DNA from: Rubrivivax sp.
GTDB lineage: Bacteria; Pseudomonadota; Gammaproteobacteria; Burkholderiales; Burkholderiaceae_C
Length of the DNA stretch: 64,000 bases
Direction of reading: 5' to 3'
NCBI GenBank assembly: GCA_046318395.1
Contig: JBKCUM010000192.1
Coordinates: 73-64,072 of the forward strand
The notes beneath the pieces were generated by a model. The model was not told where the DNA came from, did not search any database, and worked only from the letters and a program-made list of their open reading frames with translations. Positions within the stretch are counted from its first letter, which is position 1. Each line of letters opens with the position of its first letter. The translations under genes were made by a program, and so were the position numbers. Positions 24,059 to 32,722 of the stretch are shown here, piece by piece.

Positions 24059-25063
24059 ATGAAAAAGGTCCCGCTGATCAGCCGCGCCGCGCCACCGGGC
24101 CCGCCCCCGGGCACCCCACCCGTGGCGCCGCCGGCCGCGCCGCGCGCCAGCGCCGGGGCCTCTGACCCGCCGTCAACGCCTGGCACCCCCCTGCCCCGCA
24201 CCCGCCGCCAGCGTCTGTCCACCTGGGCCCAGCGCCGCGCCGCGCCGTTGTGGGGCCTGGGCGGTGCGGCCCTGGCCCTGGCCGTGGTGGCGGCTTTGGG
24301 CGGCCTGCGCCCGCACGCCGCGCCCATCACACAAGACGACATCGACGCCGCGGTGCGCGAGTCGCTGACCAAGGAACCCCTGCCTTCGGCGGCCGCCGCG
24401 GCCTACGAGGCCATCGCGCCCTCGGTGGTGCGTGTGGTGGGGCTGGGCGAAGGCGACGAAGACGACGCCGACGCGCTGGACGAACACGGTGAAAAAGCCG
24501 AACAACGCGCCCTGGGCCGCAGCCTGGGCACGGGCGTGGTCATCGTGGACAACGGCACCATCCTGACCAACCTGCACGTGGTGGCCGGCGCCCGCAAGGT
24601 CAAAGTGCGTTTTGCCAACGGCCACGAAAGCGAAGCCACCGTGGTGGGCGTGCAAGCCGCCGACGACCTGGCCGTGCTGAAGGCCAGCAGCCTGCCCGAC
24701 GACCTGCAGGCTGCCACGCTGCGCAGCACGGCCGACCTGCGGCCCGGCGACCAGGTCATCGCCGTGGGCCACCCTTTTGGCATCGGGCCTTCGGTCAGCG
24801 CTGGGGTGGTCTCGGGCCTGCGGCGCGAGTTCCGCACCGAAGGCGAAACACCCGGCCAGACCCGCACCATGGGCAACCTCATCCAGTTCGACGCCGCCGC
24901 CAACCCCGGCAACAGCGGCGGCCCGCTGGTCACCATGGACGGCCACGTCGTGGGCATCGTCACCGCCATCCTGAACCCCTCGGAGCAGCGTACCTTCATC
25001 GGCATCGGTTTCGCCGTGCCGATTGAAAACGCCGTCAGCGCCGTCGGCATGCCGCCTTTCTGA
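24059..25063 (+). CDS. trypsin-like serine protease (S1C/HtrA-like catalytic domain, no obvious PDZ)
   Basis: Inner ATG 24059 (MKKVPLIS..). N-terminal Pro-rich region and a TM/signal segment. Catalytic-triad contexts TNLHVV, DLAVLK, GNSGGPL. Confidence 0.8.
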   Translation: MKKVPLISRAAPPGPPPGTPPVAPPAAPRASAGASDPPSTPGTPLPRTRRQRLSTWAQRRAAPLWGLGGAALALAVVAALGGLRPHAAPITQDDIDAAVRESLTKEPLPSAAAAAYEAIAPSVVRVVGLGEGDEDDADALDEHGEKAEQRALGRSLGTGVVIVDNGTILTNLHVVAGARKVKVRFANGHESEATVVGVQAADDLAVLKASSLPDDLQAATLRSTADLRPGDQVIAVGHPFGIGPSVSAGVVSGLRREFRTEGETPGQTRTMGNLIQFDAAANPGNSGGPLVTMDGHVVGIVTAILNPSEQRTFIGIGFAVPIENAVSAVGMPPF

Positions 25064-25088
25064 AGCCCTGAACACCCCCACGCCCACC

Positions 25089-26102
<1,014 letters not shown>

Positions 26103-27180
26103 AGCCGCCCAGGCCAGCCCACCACCGGCGCCGCCCCCGGGCGCGGGCGCGGAAGCGCTGCTGCAGCACCTGGAATGGACGGTGCTGAAACGCCTGGACG
26201 GCCTGCTGCAGGGCGACTGGCGCAGCGCCTTCCGCGGCCGCGGTGTGGACCTGGCCGACCTGCGCGAGTACCAGCTGCACGACGACGTGCGCCACATCGA
26301 CTGGAACGTCACCGCCCGCCTGCAGGTGCCGCACGTGCGCCAGTACAACGAAGACCGCGAGCTCTGCGCCTGGTTCCTGCTGGACCGTTCGGCCAGCATG
26401 CACTTCGGCTCCGGCGCGCTGCGCAAGCTGGACCAGGCCGCGGCCTTCACCGGCGCACTCGCCCGCCTGTTCACCCAGCACGGCAACCGCGTGGGCGCTG
26501 TGCTGTACGGCCGCGCGGTCGACGCCGTGCTGCCGCCCGGCGCCAGCCGCCGCCATGTGCTGAACCTGCTGCAGCGCCTGCAACAACCGCTGCCCCTCAC
26601 ACCGCCCGGCCAACCCAGCACCACCGGCACCGCGCTGGCCGACCTGCTGCAGGCCGCCGACGGGGTGCTGAAGCGGCGTTCGCTGGTGTTCGTGGTATCG
26701 GACTTCATCAGCCAACCCGGCTGGGCCGCGCCGCTGGCGCGCTTGGCGCGCCGCCACGACGTGCTGGCCGTGCGCCTGGTGGACCCGGTGGAACAGCGCC
26801 TGCCGGCCATGGGCCTGCTGACCGTGCAAGACGCAGAAACCGGCGAACAGCTGTTCCTGGACACCAGCGACCCGGGCCTGCAGGCCCGCCACGCCGCCCT
26901 GGTGCAGGCGCAGGACGAGGCCCTGCTGCAAGGTTTGACCACCGCCGGCTGCGACCTGCTGGAAGTGGCCACCGACCAGCCCCTGCTGCCGGCCCTGCTG
27001 CGTTTTGCCGACCTGCGGCGCCAGCGTGCGCGCCAGCCTTCGCCGATGCGTTTCCCGACCGCGCTGCGGCGTGCGGCGCCGGCCAACGCCTGAAACGACG
27101 CCAGCACGCCAAGCCCCGTTCGCCCGCCCCGTCGCCACCATGCAACCCAACCCGTCCCACCCCCGCTGGAGCCCTGCGCC

Positions 27181-28224
27181 ATGAGCTTCCTCTGGCCACA
27201 ACTGCTGTGGGCCCTGGTGACCCTGCCGCTGCTGGTGCTGGCCTATTGGTGGCTGCTGCGGCGGCGCAAGCGCACGGTGGTGGCGCTGGCCAGCATCGCC
27301 TTGCTGCGCCAGGCCGTGGGCCCGGGCCAGACCTGGCGCCGCCACGTGCCACCGCTGTTGCTGCTGGCCGCACTGGGCGCGCTGCTGCTGTCCCTGGCCC
27401 GGCCCGTGGCCACGCTGACCTTGCCGCTGGCCGACCGCACCATCCTGCTGGCCATGGACGTGTCCGGCAGCATGCGCGCCGAAGACGTCAAACCCAACCG
27501 CCTGGTGGCCAGCCAGGAAGCCGCCAAGGCCTTCGTGGCGGGGCTGCCGCGCGAGGTGCGCGTGGGCGTCGTGTCCTTCGCCGGCACGGCCGCCGTGGTG
27601 CAGGCGCCCACCACCAGCCGCGACGACGTGCTGGCCGCCATCGACCGCTTCCAGCTGCAGCGGGGCACGGCCATCGGCAGCGGCCTGGTACTGAGCCTGG
27701 CCACCTTGTTCCCCGACGCCGGCATCGACCTGCAGGCCATCACCGGCCAGCGCACCATGCCGCGCATGCTGGGCGACAAGAGTGAACGCGAACGCAAGGC
27801 CGCCGAGTTCAAACCCGTGCCGGCCGGCAGCTACAACAGCGCCGCCATCATCTTGCTGACCGACGGCCAGCGCACCACCGGCCCCGACCCCATCGACGCC
27901 GCCAAGATGGCCGCCGACCGCGGCGTGCGCGTCTACACCGTGGGCATGGGCACCACGCAAGGCGAGGTCATCGGCTTCGAAGGCTGGAGCATGCGCGTGC
28001 GCCTGGACGAGGCCACGCTGAAGAACATCTCGGTGCTGACCCAGGGCGAGTACTTCTACGCCGGCAGCGCCGAAGACCTGAAAAAGGTCTACGAAAGGCT
28101 GAGCGCGCGCATGGTGGTGGAGCGCAAAGAAACCGAGGTGACGGCCTTGCTGGCCGCGCTTGGCGCCCTGCTGGTGGTGGCCGCCGCAGGGCTGAGCCTG
28201 TGGTGGACCGGACGGGTGGTGTGA
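27181..28224 (+). CDS. VWA-domain membrane protein (BatA-like)
   Basis: N-terminal TM plus basic stretch (WWLLRRRKR). MIDAS motif ILLAMDVSGSM. C-terminal TM. Confidence 0.85.
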   Translation: MSFLWPQLLWALVTLPLLVLAYWWLLRRRKRTVVALASIALLRQAVGPGQTWRRHVPPLLLLAALGALLLSLARPVATLTLPLADRTILLAMDVSGSMRAEDVKPNRLVASQEAAKAFVAGLPREVRVGVVSFAGTAAVVQAPTTSRDDVLAAIDRFQLQRGTAIGSGLVLSLATLFPDAGIDLQAITGQRTMPRMLGDKSERERKAAEFKPVPAGSYNSAAIILLTDGQRTTGPDPIDAAKMAADRGVRVYTVGMGTTQGEVIGFEGWSMRVRLDEATLKNISVLTQGEYFYAGSAEDLKKVYERLSARMVVERKETEVTALLAALGALLVVAAAGLSLWWTGRVV

Positions 28225-28225
28225 G

Positions 28226-28248
28226 GCTAGCTGAATTAATCAGCGAGC
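28226..28248. terminator. hairpin at left island junction (possible bidirectional terminator)
   Basis: GCTaGCTGA-attaa-TCAGCgAGC: 8 of 9 paired positions with an AT loop and no U-tract. Lies between the VWA stop (28224) and the AIPR stop (28311). Confidence 0.3.
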
Positions 28249-28310
28249 ACCTCCGGCGGGCCTTCCCTTGGCTGCCAGTTGCGGGGAGGTCGCCAGAAGG
28301 CTGACTTGGC

Positions 28311-30005
28311 TCATCGCGTTGCGGCCAGCGGCAAGGCAAGCAGCTTTTGAATCAAATCTCCTCGCCGGAACGTCGCTGAGAGTTGGAGTGTGGAAACCGC
28401 CTTCTCTCCATACAAATCTTTAAGTGCGGCCTCAACGTCCAACGTCGAATCTCGGAAATAGCGCTCGCCCTTCTCGTCGACCAACTTCTTGGCGGCGTCG
28501 AAGGTCTGGTGGTTCAGCGCTTCCAGAGGCTTGCCCAACTCGTGCAACAAGCGCTGTCCCATTCGCATGGCGATGAAGCAAGAAGCGTAGCGCACCAGGG
28601 TCGGATCTGCCTCGGCTGGGCGCCGCCTGTGGTTCTCGGCAATCCGGTAGAGCAGCACAGCCAGCACCACCTGCGCACCGTTGACCTCTTTCGGAAAAAC
28701 CACGGTATACAGCTTGCCGAAGTGCTCACGCAACAAGAACTTGGCTTGATGCGGTGCACGGCGCCAAACCGCTAGCAAGGCTTCGGCAGCGGCGCTGGCT
28801 GTAACGTCAAGCGGTTTCGGCGGCGTGTCCATGCGCTTGCGTCGGTACTGGTAACCCAGTGATTCGACGCTGGCTTCCAACTGACGCTGGATCTCGTCGT
28901 TCGAGCGCAGATCCTTTAAGTCCACCGGGTTCTGGCTATTGGTGGCGTGAGTGATTTGCAGCACCACGTCTTCTTTGCCTTTGGGCAGTTCATATAGACG
29001 CACTAGCACGCTGGCATCCACCGGTAGGGCTTCACCGCGTTGACCCATCTCGGTCAGCGTTTTGTAGATAGTCATACAGGTCTGCGCACCGTTGACGATC
29101 TGAATGTTGTCGGCCTGAACCTGGTAATTGGCGCCCTGAAGGGCGTTGTATTTGAAGTGGTCGCAGATCAACGTCAGGCCGTTGTTGAAGAAATAGAAGT
29201 TCTCCGGCTGATCGGAACGCAGGGTTTCACGAATACCTTCGTTCACCCGGTTGCCATGCAGACCCAAGTAGCGCCGGATGTTGCGTTCCAGCAGGCGGTC
29301 GCCATGGGCGCGCATGAGCGCGGCCACTTCCGTGACAGGCATGCGGCCAATACACACCCGGCTGAAGTTCATGTCCTCGATGTTGGCCTTGCCCACCAAG
29401 CGCAAGCTGTCGTCCACCTGCTTGGCACGCTGCAAGATCCCGATCAAGACGTCGTGGTTGACATGCTCCCAGCTCACCTGCCCACCAAAATCAGCTCGAT
29501 CGATGGCGGACTGCGCTTGCCCTGCCCACTTGATACCGTTGTTGCAAGCGATAGCGCGAACGCGAGGGATAAAGCCGTCGCGCACCATGGCGCGGGCCTC
29601 TTCCACTTTAACCTTCAGCCGTTCGTTGATGGCACCGAGGTCCGCCGTCGGGTCAAAAATGTGGCGAATGGCATTGACTAGCGAGTGGATGCCGTCTTCA
29701 GGAAAGTTTGAATCGGCGTCCAGCTTGGTTTTGTACTTGGCCTGGAACAGCGTGACGTTGAACTCGCCGTCCACCTCTTCAGTGACCTGCATGGCGTCCA
29801 CGCCGAAATCACCACCACCATCGGTGACGCAGTCAAATGCTTCTTGGGCGTCCAGGTCCAGCATGGTCTTGACGCACAGGTAGACAAACGACAGCGGCTT
29901 GAGCCGATCGGGCGCGGTGATGTTCAGCTCGTGCTGGGCCCAGTGCACGATCTCGGACTGCACGCCAGTCAGGCGTTGGTCAATGATGGATGCGTTCAAG
30001 TTCAC
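28311..30005 (-). CDS. AIPR-family abortive-infection (phage resistance) protein
   Basis: 564 aa. GTG 30005 with GAGG six nt upstream. N-terminal PD-(D/E)xK-like DGGGDFGVDA...LFQAKY. AIPR core RRYLGLHGNRVNEGIRETL, FYFFNNGLTLICD, IQIVNGAQT (family recognised from memory of Pfam PF10592). About 50% GC. Confidence 0.8.
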   Translation of the reverse strand: MNLNASIIDQRLTGVQSEIVHWAQHELNITAPDRLKPLSFVYLCVKTMLDLDAQEAFDCVTDGGGDFGVDAMQVTEEVDGEFNVTLFQAKYKTKLDADSNFPEDGIHSLVNAIRHIFDPTADLGAINERLKVKVEEARAMVRDGFIPRVRAIACNNGIKWAGQAQSAIDRADFGGQVSWEHVNHDVLIGILQRAKQVDDSLRLVGKANIEDMNFSRVCIGRMPVTEVAALMRAHGDRLLERNIRRYLGLHGNRVNEGIRETLRSDQPENFYFFNNGLTLICDHFKYNALQGANYQVQADNIQIVNGAQTCMTIYKTLTEMGQRGEALPVDASVLVRLYELPKGKEDVVLQITHATNSQNPVDLKDLRSNDEIQRQLEASVESLGYQYRRKRMDTPPKPLDVTASAAAEALLAVWRRAPHQAKFLLREHFGKLYTVVFPKEVNGAQVVLAVLLYRIAENHRRRPAEADPTLVRYASCFIAMRMGQRLLHELGKPLEALNHQTFDAAKKLVDEKGERYFRDSTLDVEAALKDLYGEKAVSTLQLSATFRRGDLIQKLLALPLAATR

Positions 30006-30018
30006 TTCAAGCCTCGCT

Positions 30019-30330
30019 CTATTTCCGTGCCGACATTTTCTCTGCCACCCTCACATGATGCCCGTTGATGCGGTCACCGCCGAAGGTCTTGACCCATGTC
30101 GCGCGCTCCACGTCCTTGCCTAGGCCCTTGCCACAAGTGACGTTGTACTTTTGCAGCTTGCTGTGGCACAGCACACCGGCAGTCAAAAAGAAACAGATTC
30201 TCAAGCACACACCTTTGGTGAGGCAGGGGTTCCAGCAGATGGGGCACTTGGTCAGCAGAATAGGGAGGCCGACACGGAATCCCCGCTGGGCCGGGAGGGC
30301 GTAGCGGTGCCCAGTCAAGCTGTACGACAT
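30019..30330 (-). CDS. small Cys-rich protein, unknown function (degenerate Vsr-like?)
   Basis: ATG 30330 to TAG 30019; G/C-biased third codon positions. 7 Cys within about 40 residues (KCPICWNPC..C..C..LCH..C). Stops 13 nt before the AIPR start. Local echoes of Vsr motifs (see findings). Confidence 0.55.
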   Translation of the reverse strand: MSYSLTGHRYALPAQRGFRVGLPILLTKCPICWNPCLTKGVCLRICFFLTAGVLCHSKLQKYNVTCGKGLGKDVERATWVKTFGGDRINGHHVRVAEKMSARK

Positions 30331-30528
30331 CGCACGATCGTGTTGGACAGCACTTCTTCAGGGACGCCCTCGACCAGATGACCTTGGGCGCGAAAGTAGG
30401 CTGTCACCACCACGTCCACCATGTTCGCGAGACTGCGCAGTTCGCGCTCGGCAGCCGACTGCAAAGCCAACTTGATGCTGGGCGAGCGCTACGCGAAGAC
30501 TGACAACTTGGGACGTTGCTGCGACCAC
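30315..30528 (-). pseudogene. ribbon-helix-helix (CopG/Arc-like) reading frame with an apparent +1 frameshift
   Basis: Manual translation. Frame b from GTG 30528 reads VAATSQVVSLRV. After a TAG (30491-30489), frame c reads RSPSIKLALQSAAERELRSLANMVDVVVTAYFRAQGHLVEGVPEEVLSNTIVRCRTA*, with TGA at 30317-30315. Its 3' end overlaps the ATG of the Cys-rich ORF. The span is 214 nt, not a multiple of 3. Confidence 0.3.
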
Positions 30529-30550
30529 TTGCGACGCCTGCAAGGAAAAC

Positions 30551-30607
30551 CCTACTGGCGCACTAAGGTTACAGGTTGTCGGGCCCAGGTCGGCCTTACG
30601 GCGCACT
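30551..30607 (-). promoter_or_regulatory. direct repeats upstream of the cassette (candidate operator)
   Basis: CCTACTGGCGCACT (30551-30564) and CCTTACGGCGCACT (30594-30607), 43 nt apart. Located in the only non-coding stretch upstream of the RHH-like frame. Confidence 0.25.
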
Positions 30608-30637
30608 CAGTCAGTGGGCAGCATTGTCTTTGGCCAG

Positions 30638-31771
30638 TCAGGGCGTCACACGCAGCAACTGCCCGTCTGCACCGTCGGTCAGCAGGTAGATGAAACCATC
30701 GGGGCCCTGGCGCACGTCGCGGATGCGGCGTTTCAGCTCGGGCAGCACACGCTCTTCACCCACCACCTGGCGGCCGTTCAGCGTCAGTTTCACCACGGCC
30801 TGGCCACGCAGCGCGCCCACCAGCATCTGGCCTTGCCAGGCCGGGTAACGCGGGCTGGTCACGAAGGCCATGCCGCTGGGTGCGATGGACGGCACCCACA
30901 CCTTCAGCGGTTGTTCGAAACCGGGCTTGGGGCCTTCTTCGCCAATGCGCGTGCCCAGGCCGTAGTTACGGCCGAAGGTCAGCAGCGGCCAGCCGTAGTT
31001 TTTGCCGGCCTGCGGTTGGTTGATCTCGTCGCCGCCCTGCGGGCCGTGTTCCACCGTCCACAGCTCACCCGTGGCCGGGTGCAGGGCCGCGCCCTGGATG
31101 TTGCGGTGGCCCAGGCTCCACAGCTCAGGCGCCGCGGGGTTGAGCTTGGGGTTGTCGGCCGGCGCGCGGCCATCGCGGTCGAAGCGCACCACCTTGCCGA
31201 TGTGGTTGGCCGGGTTCTGCGCGTCATCCTTCAGGCGGCCGCGGTCGCCCAGGCCCAGGAACAGCGTGCCGTCGCGGCCAAAGACCAGGCGCGAGCCGCA
31301 GTGCAGGTCGCTGTCCACCTTCGGCAACTGGCGGAAGATGGTGCGCACCTCGGTCAATTGTTCGCCCACCAGCTTGGCGCGTGCCACGGCCACGCCGTTG
31401 GTCTTGTGGTCCCCGGGTTCAGCGAAGGTCCAGAAAACGAGCTGGTTCTTCGCGAACTCCGGGTCCAGCACCACGTCCAGCAGGCCGCATTGGCCGCGTG
31501 CCACCACGGGCGGCAGGCCGGTCAGCGGCGCGCCCAGGCGGCCATCGGCACCGGCGATGCGCAAACGGCCCGGCTTTTCGGTGATGAGGTAGCGGCCGTC
31601 CGGCAAGAAGGCCACAGCCCAGGGGTTGTCCAGGCCTTGCACCACGGGCGTGGTGGTCTGGGCCTGCACAGCGCCGGCCACGGCCAGCAGGCCCAGGGCG
31701 GCCACCGCCAAGCGCAGGGGTTGGGCGGCAGAAGAAGACAGGGGGTGGGGGGCTTTCAACATGGCGCGCAT
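30638..31771 (-). CDS. PQQ-dependent sugar (glucose/sorbosone) dehydrogenase, soluble beta-propeller type
   Basis: Inner ATG 31771 (or 31762). Signal peptide ..AVAGAVQAQ. Motifs GLDNPWAVAFLPDGR, GLLDVVLDP, HCGSRLVF, GHRNIQG, GPQGGDEIN. Confidence 0.85.
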   Translation of the reverse strand: MRAMLKAPHPLSSSAAQPLRLAVAALGLLAVAGAVQAQTTTPVVQGLDNPWAVAFLPDGRYLITEKPGRLRIAGADGRLGAPLTGLPPVVARGQCGLLDVVLDPEFAKNQLVFWTFAEPGDHKTNGVAVARAKLVGEQLTEVRTIFRQLPKVDSDLHCGSRLVFGRDGTLFLGLGDRGRLKDDAQNPANHIGKVVRFDRDGRAPADNPKLNPAAPELWSLGHRNIQGAALHPATGELWTVEHGPQGGDEINQPQAGKNYGWPLLTFGRNYGLGTRIGEEGPKPGFEQPLKVWVPSIAPSGMAFVTSPRYPAWQGQMLVGALRGQAVVKLTLNGRQVVGEERVLPELKRRIRDVRQGPDGFIYLLTDGADGQLLRVTP

Positions 31772-31912
31772 GGTGCCGCAAGCCGCGCCCGCCCGCCAAC
31801 GCCGCGGGCGTTGCCCTGCGCCCCGCACGGCCTTGACCTGGCGCAAGCCCAGCACCGCCGCGCTGCGCTTTGATGGCCTGGGCGCCGACTTGCGCGCCGG
31901 CTGGTTGAGGAG

Positions 31913-32683
31913 ATGAACATGCTCAAACAACGTGTGGCCCTGGTGACGGGGGCGGGCTCGGGCATCGGCCGGGCCGTGGCGCTGGCCTATGGCCGGGTGG
32001 GTGCCAAGGTGGTGGTGTCCGACGTGGACGTGGCCGGTGGCCAGGCCACCGTGGCCCTGCTGGCCGCGGCCGACTGCGAGGCCAGCTTCTTCGCCTGCGA
32101 CGTGGCCGACCCCGCGGCCTGCGAGGCCCTGGCCGGCCACGCCGTGCAACGCTTCGGCCGGCTGGACGTGGCCTGCAACAACGCCGGCATCGCCGGCCCG
32201 CTGGCCCCCACGGCCGACTACCCGCTGGACGCCTGGAACCAGGTGCTGGCGGTGAACCTGTCGGGTGTCTTCCACTGCATGAAGGCGCAGATCCCGCGCA
32301 TGTTGGCCAGCGGTGGGGGCAGCGGCGGCGGTGGCGCCATCGTCAACATGGCCAGCATCCTGGGTGCCGTGGGTTTTGCCAACGCGCCGGCCTACACGGC
32401 CGCCAAACACGGTGTGCTGGGGCTGACCAAGGCCGCGGCGCAGGAATACGGCGCGCAAGGCCTGCGCATCAACGCCGTGGGCCCGGCCTTCATCCACACG
32501 CCGATGATCGCCGCCATGGAAGCCGACCCCACCACGCAGGCCGGCCTGGTGGCGCTGCACCCCATCGGCCGCCTGGGCCAACCCGAAGAAGTGGCCGAAC
32601 TGGTGCTGTGGCTCAGCTCGCCGGCCGCGTCCTTCGTGACCGGGGCCTACTACCCGGTGGACGGCGGCTACCTCACACGTTGA
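31913..32683 (+). CDS. SDR-family oxidoreductase
   Basis: TGAGSGIGRA cofactor motif, NNAGI, catalytic YTAAKHG; 256 aa. Confidence 0.85.
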   Translation: MNMLKQRVALVTGAGSGIGRAVALAYGRVGAKVVVSDVDVAGGQATVALLAAADCEASFFACDVADPAACEALAGHAVQRFGRLDVACNNAGIAGPLAPTADYPLDAWNQVLAVNLSGVFHCMKAQIPRMLASGGGSGGGGAIVNMASILGAVGFANAPAYTAAKHGVLGLTKAAAQEYGAQGLRINAVGPAFIHTPMIAAMEADPTTQAGLVALHPIGRLGQPEEVAELVLWLSSPAASFVTGAYYPVDGGYLTR

Positions 32684-32692
32684 GGCGCAGCG

Positions 32693-32717
32693 CCGCGGGG
32701 CCCGCGTGGCCCCGCGG
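32693..32717. terminator. hairpin between convergent SDR and recJ genes
   Basis: Perfect 10-bp stem CCGCGGGGCC/GGCCCCGCGG with 5-nt loop. No U-tract. Confidence 0.45.
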
Positions 32718-32722
32718 TGGCT

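Larger units (their letters stand above)
28225..30637. other. compositionally foreign (low-GC) insertion between two convergent core genes
   Basis: Hand counts: 30/60 G+C (28381-28440) and 28/60 (30181-30240), versus 39/60 (27181-27240) and 42/60 (30781-30840). Bounded by the stops at 28224 and 30638. No integrase, tRNA or clear terminal repeats seen. Confidence 0.7.

Noticed and set aside
27140-27184. 14-codon upstream ORF (MQPNPSHPRWSPAP) whose TGA overlaps the VWA gene ATG
   Set aside because: No Shine-Dalgarno, Pro-rich and very short. ATGA overlaps arise easily by chance in this composition. No basis to call it a gene.
30019-30330. Idea that the small ORF is a frameshifted full-length vsr gene
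   Set aside because: I translated the other two minus-strand frames. Neither recovers the PD..Asp block or FxHGCFWHxH; one is full of stops and the other is Pro/Arg-rich nonsense. Only a degenerate Vsr-like resemblance within the single open frame remains, so it is kept as a hypothesis rather than a call.
30358-30606. 82-aa track ORF (MRRKADLGPTT...GRGRP) upstream of the Cys-rich ORF
   Set aside because: Its C-terminal two-thirds is Arg/Gly/Ser-rich and unprotein-like. The adjacent frame over the same DNA gives a clean RHH-like helix-loop-helix with G/C-biased third positions. Only its N-terminal part (..SQVVSLRV) is plausibly coding, which fits a frameshift.
28286-30641. Possible terminal inverted repeats of the island (CTGACTTGGC near 28291 versus GGCCAGTCAG near 30632)
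   Set aside because: Only about 7-8 matching nt with an indel, and both lie partly inside or next to coding sequence. This is not distinguishable from chance. No target-site duplication, integrase or tRNA was found.
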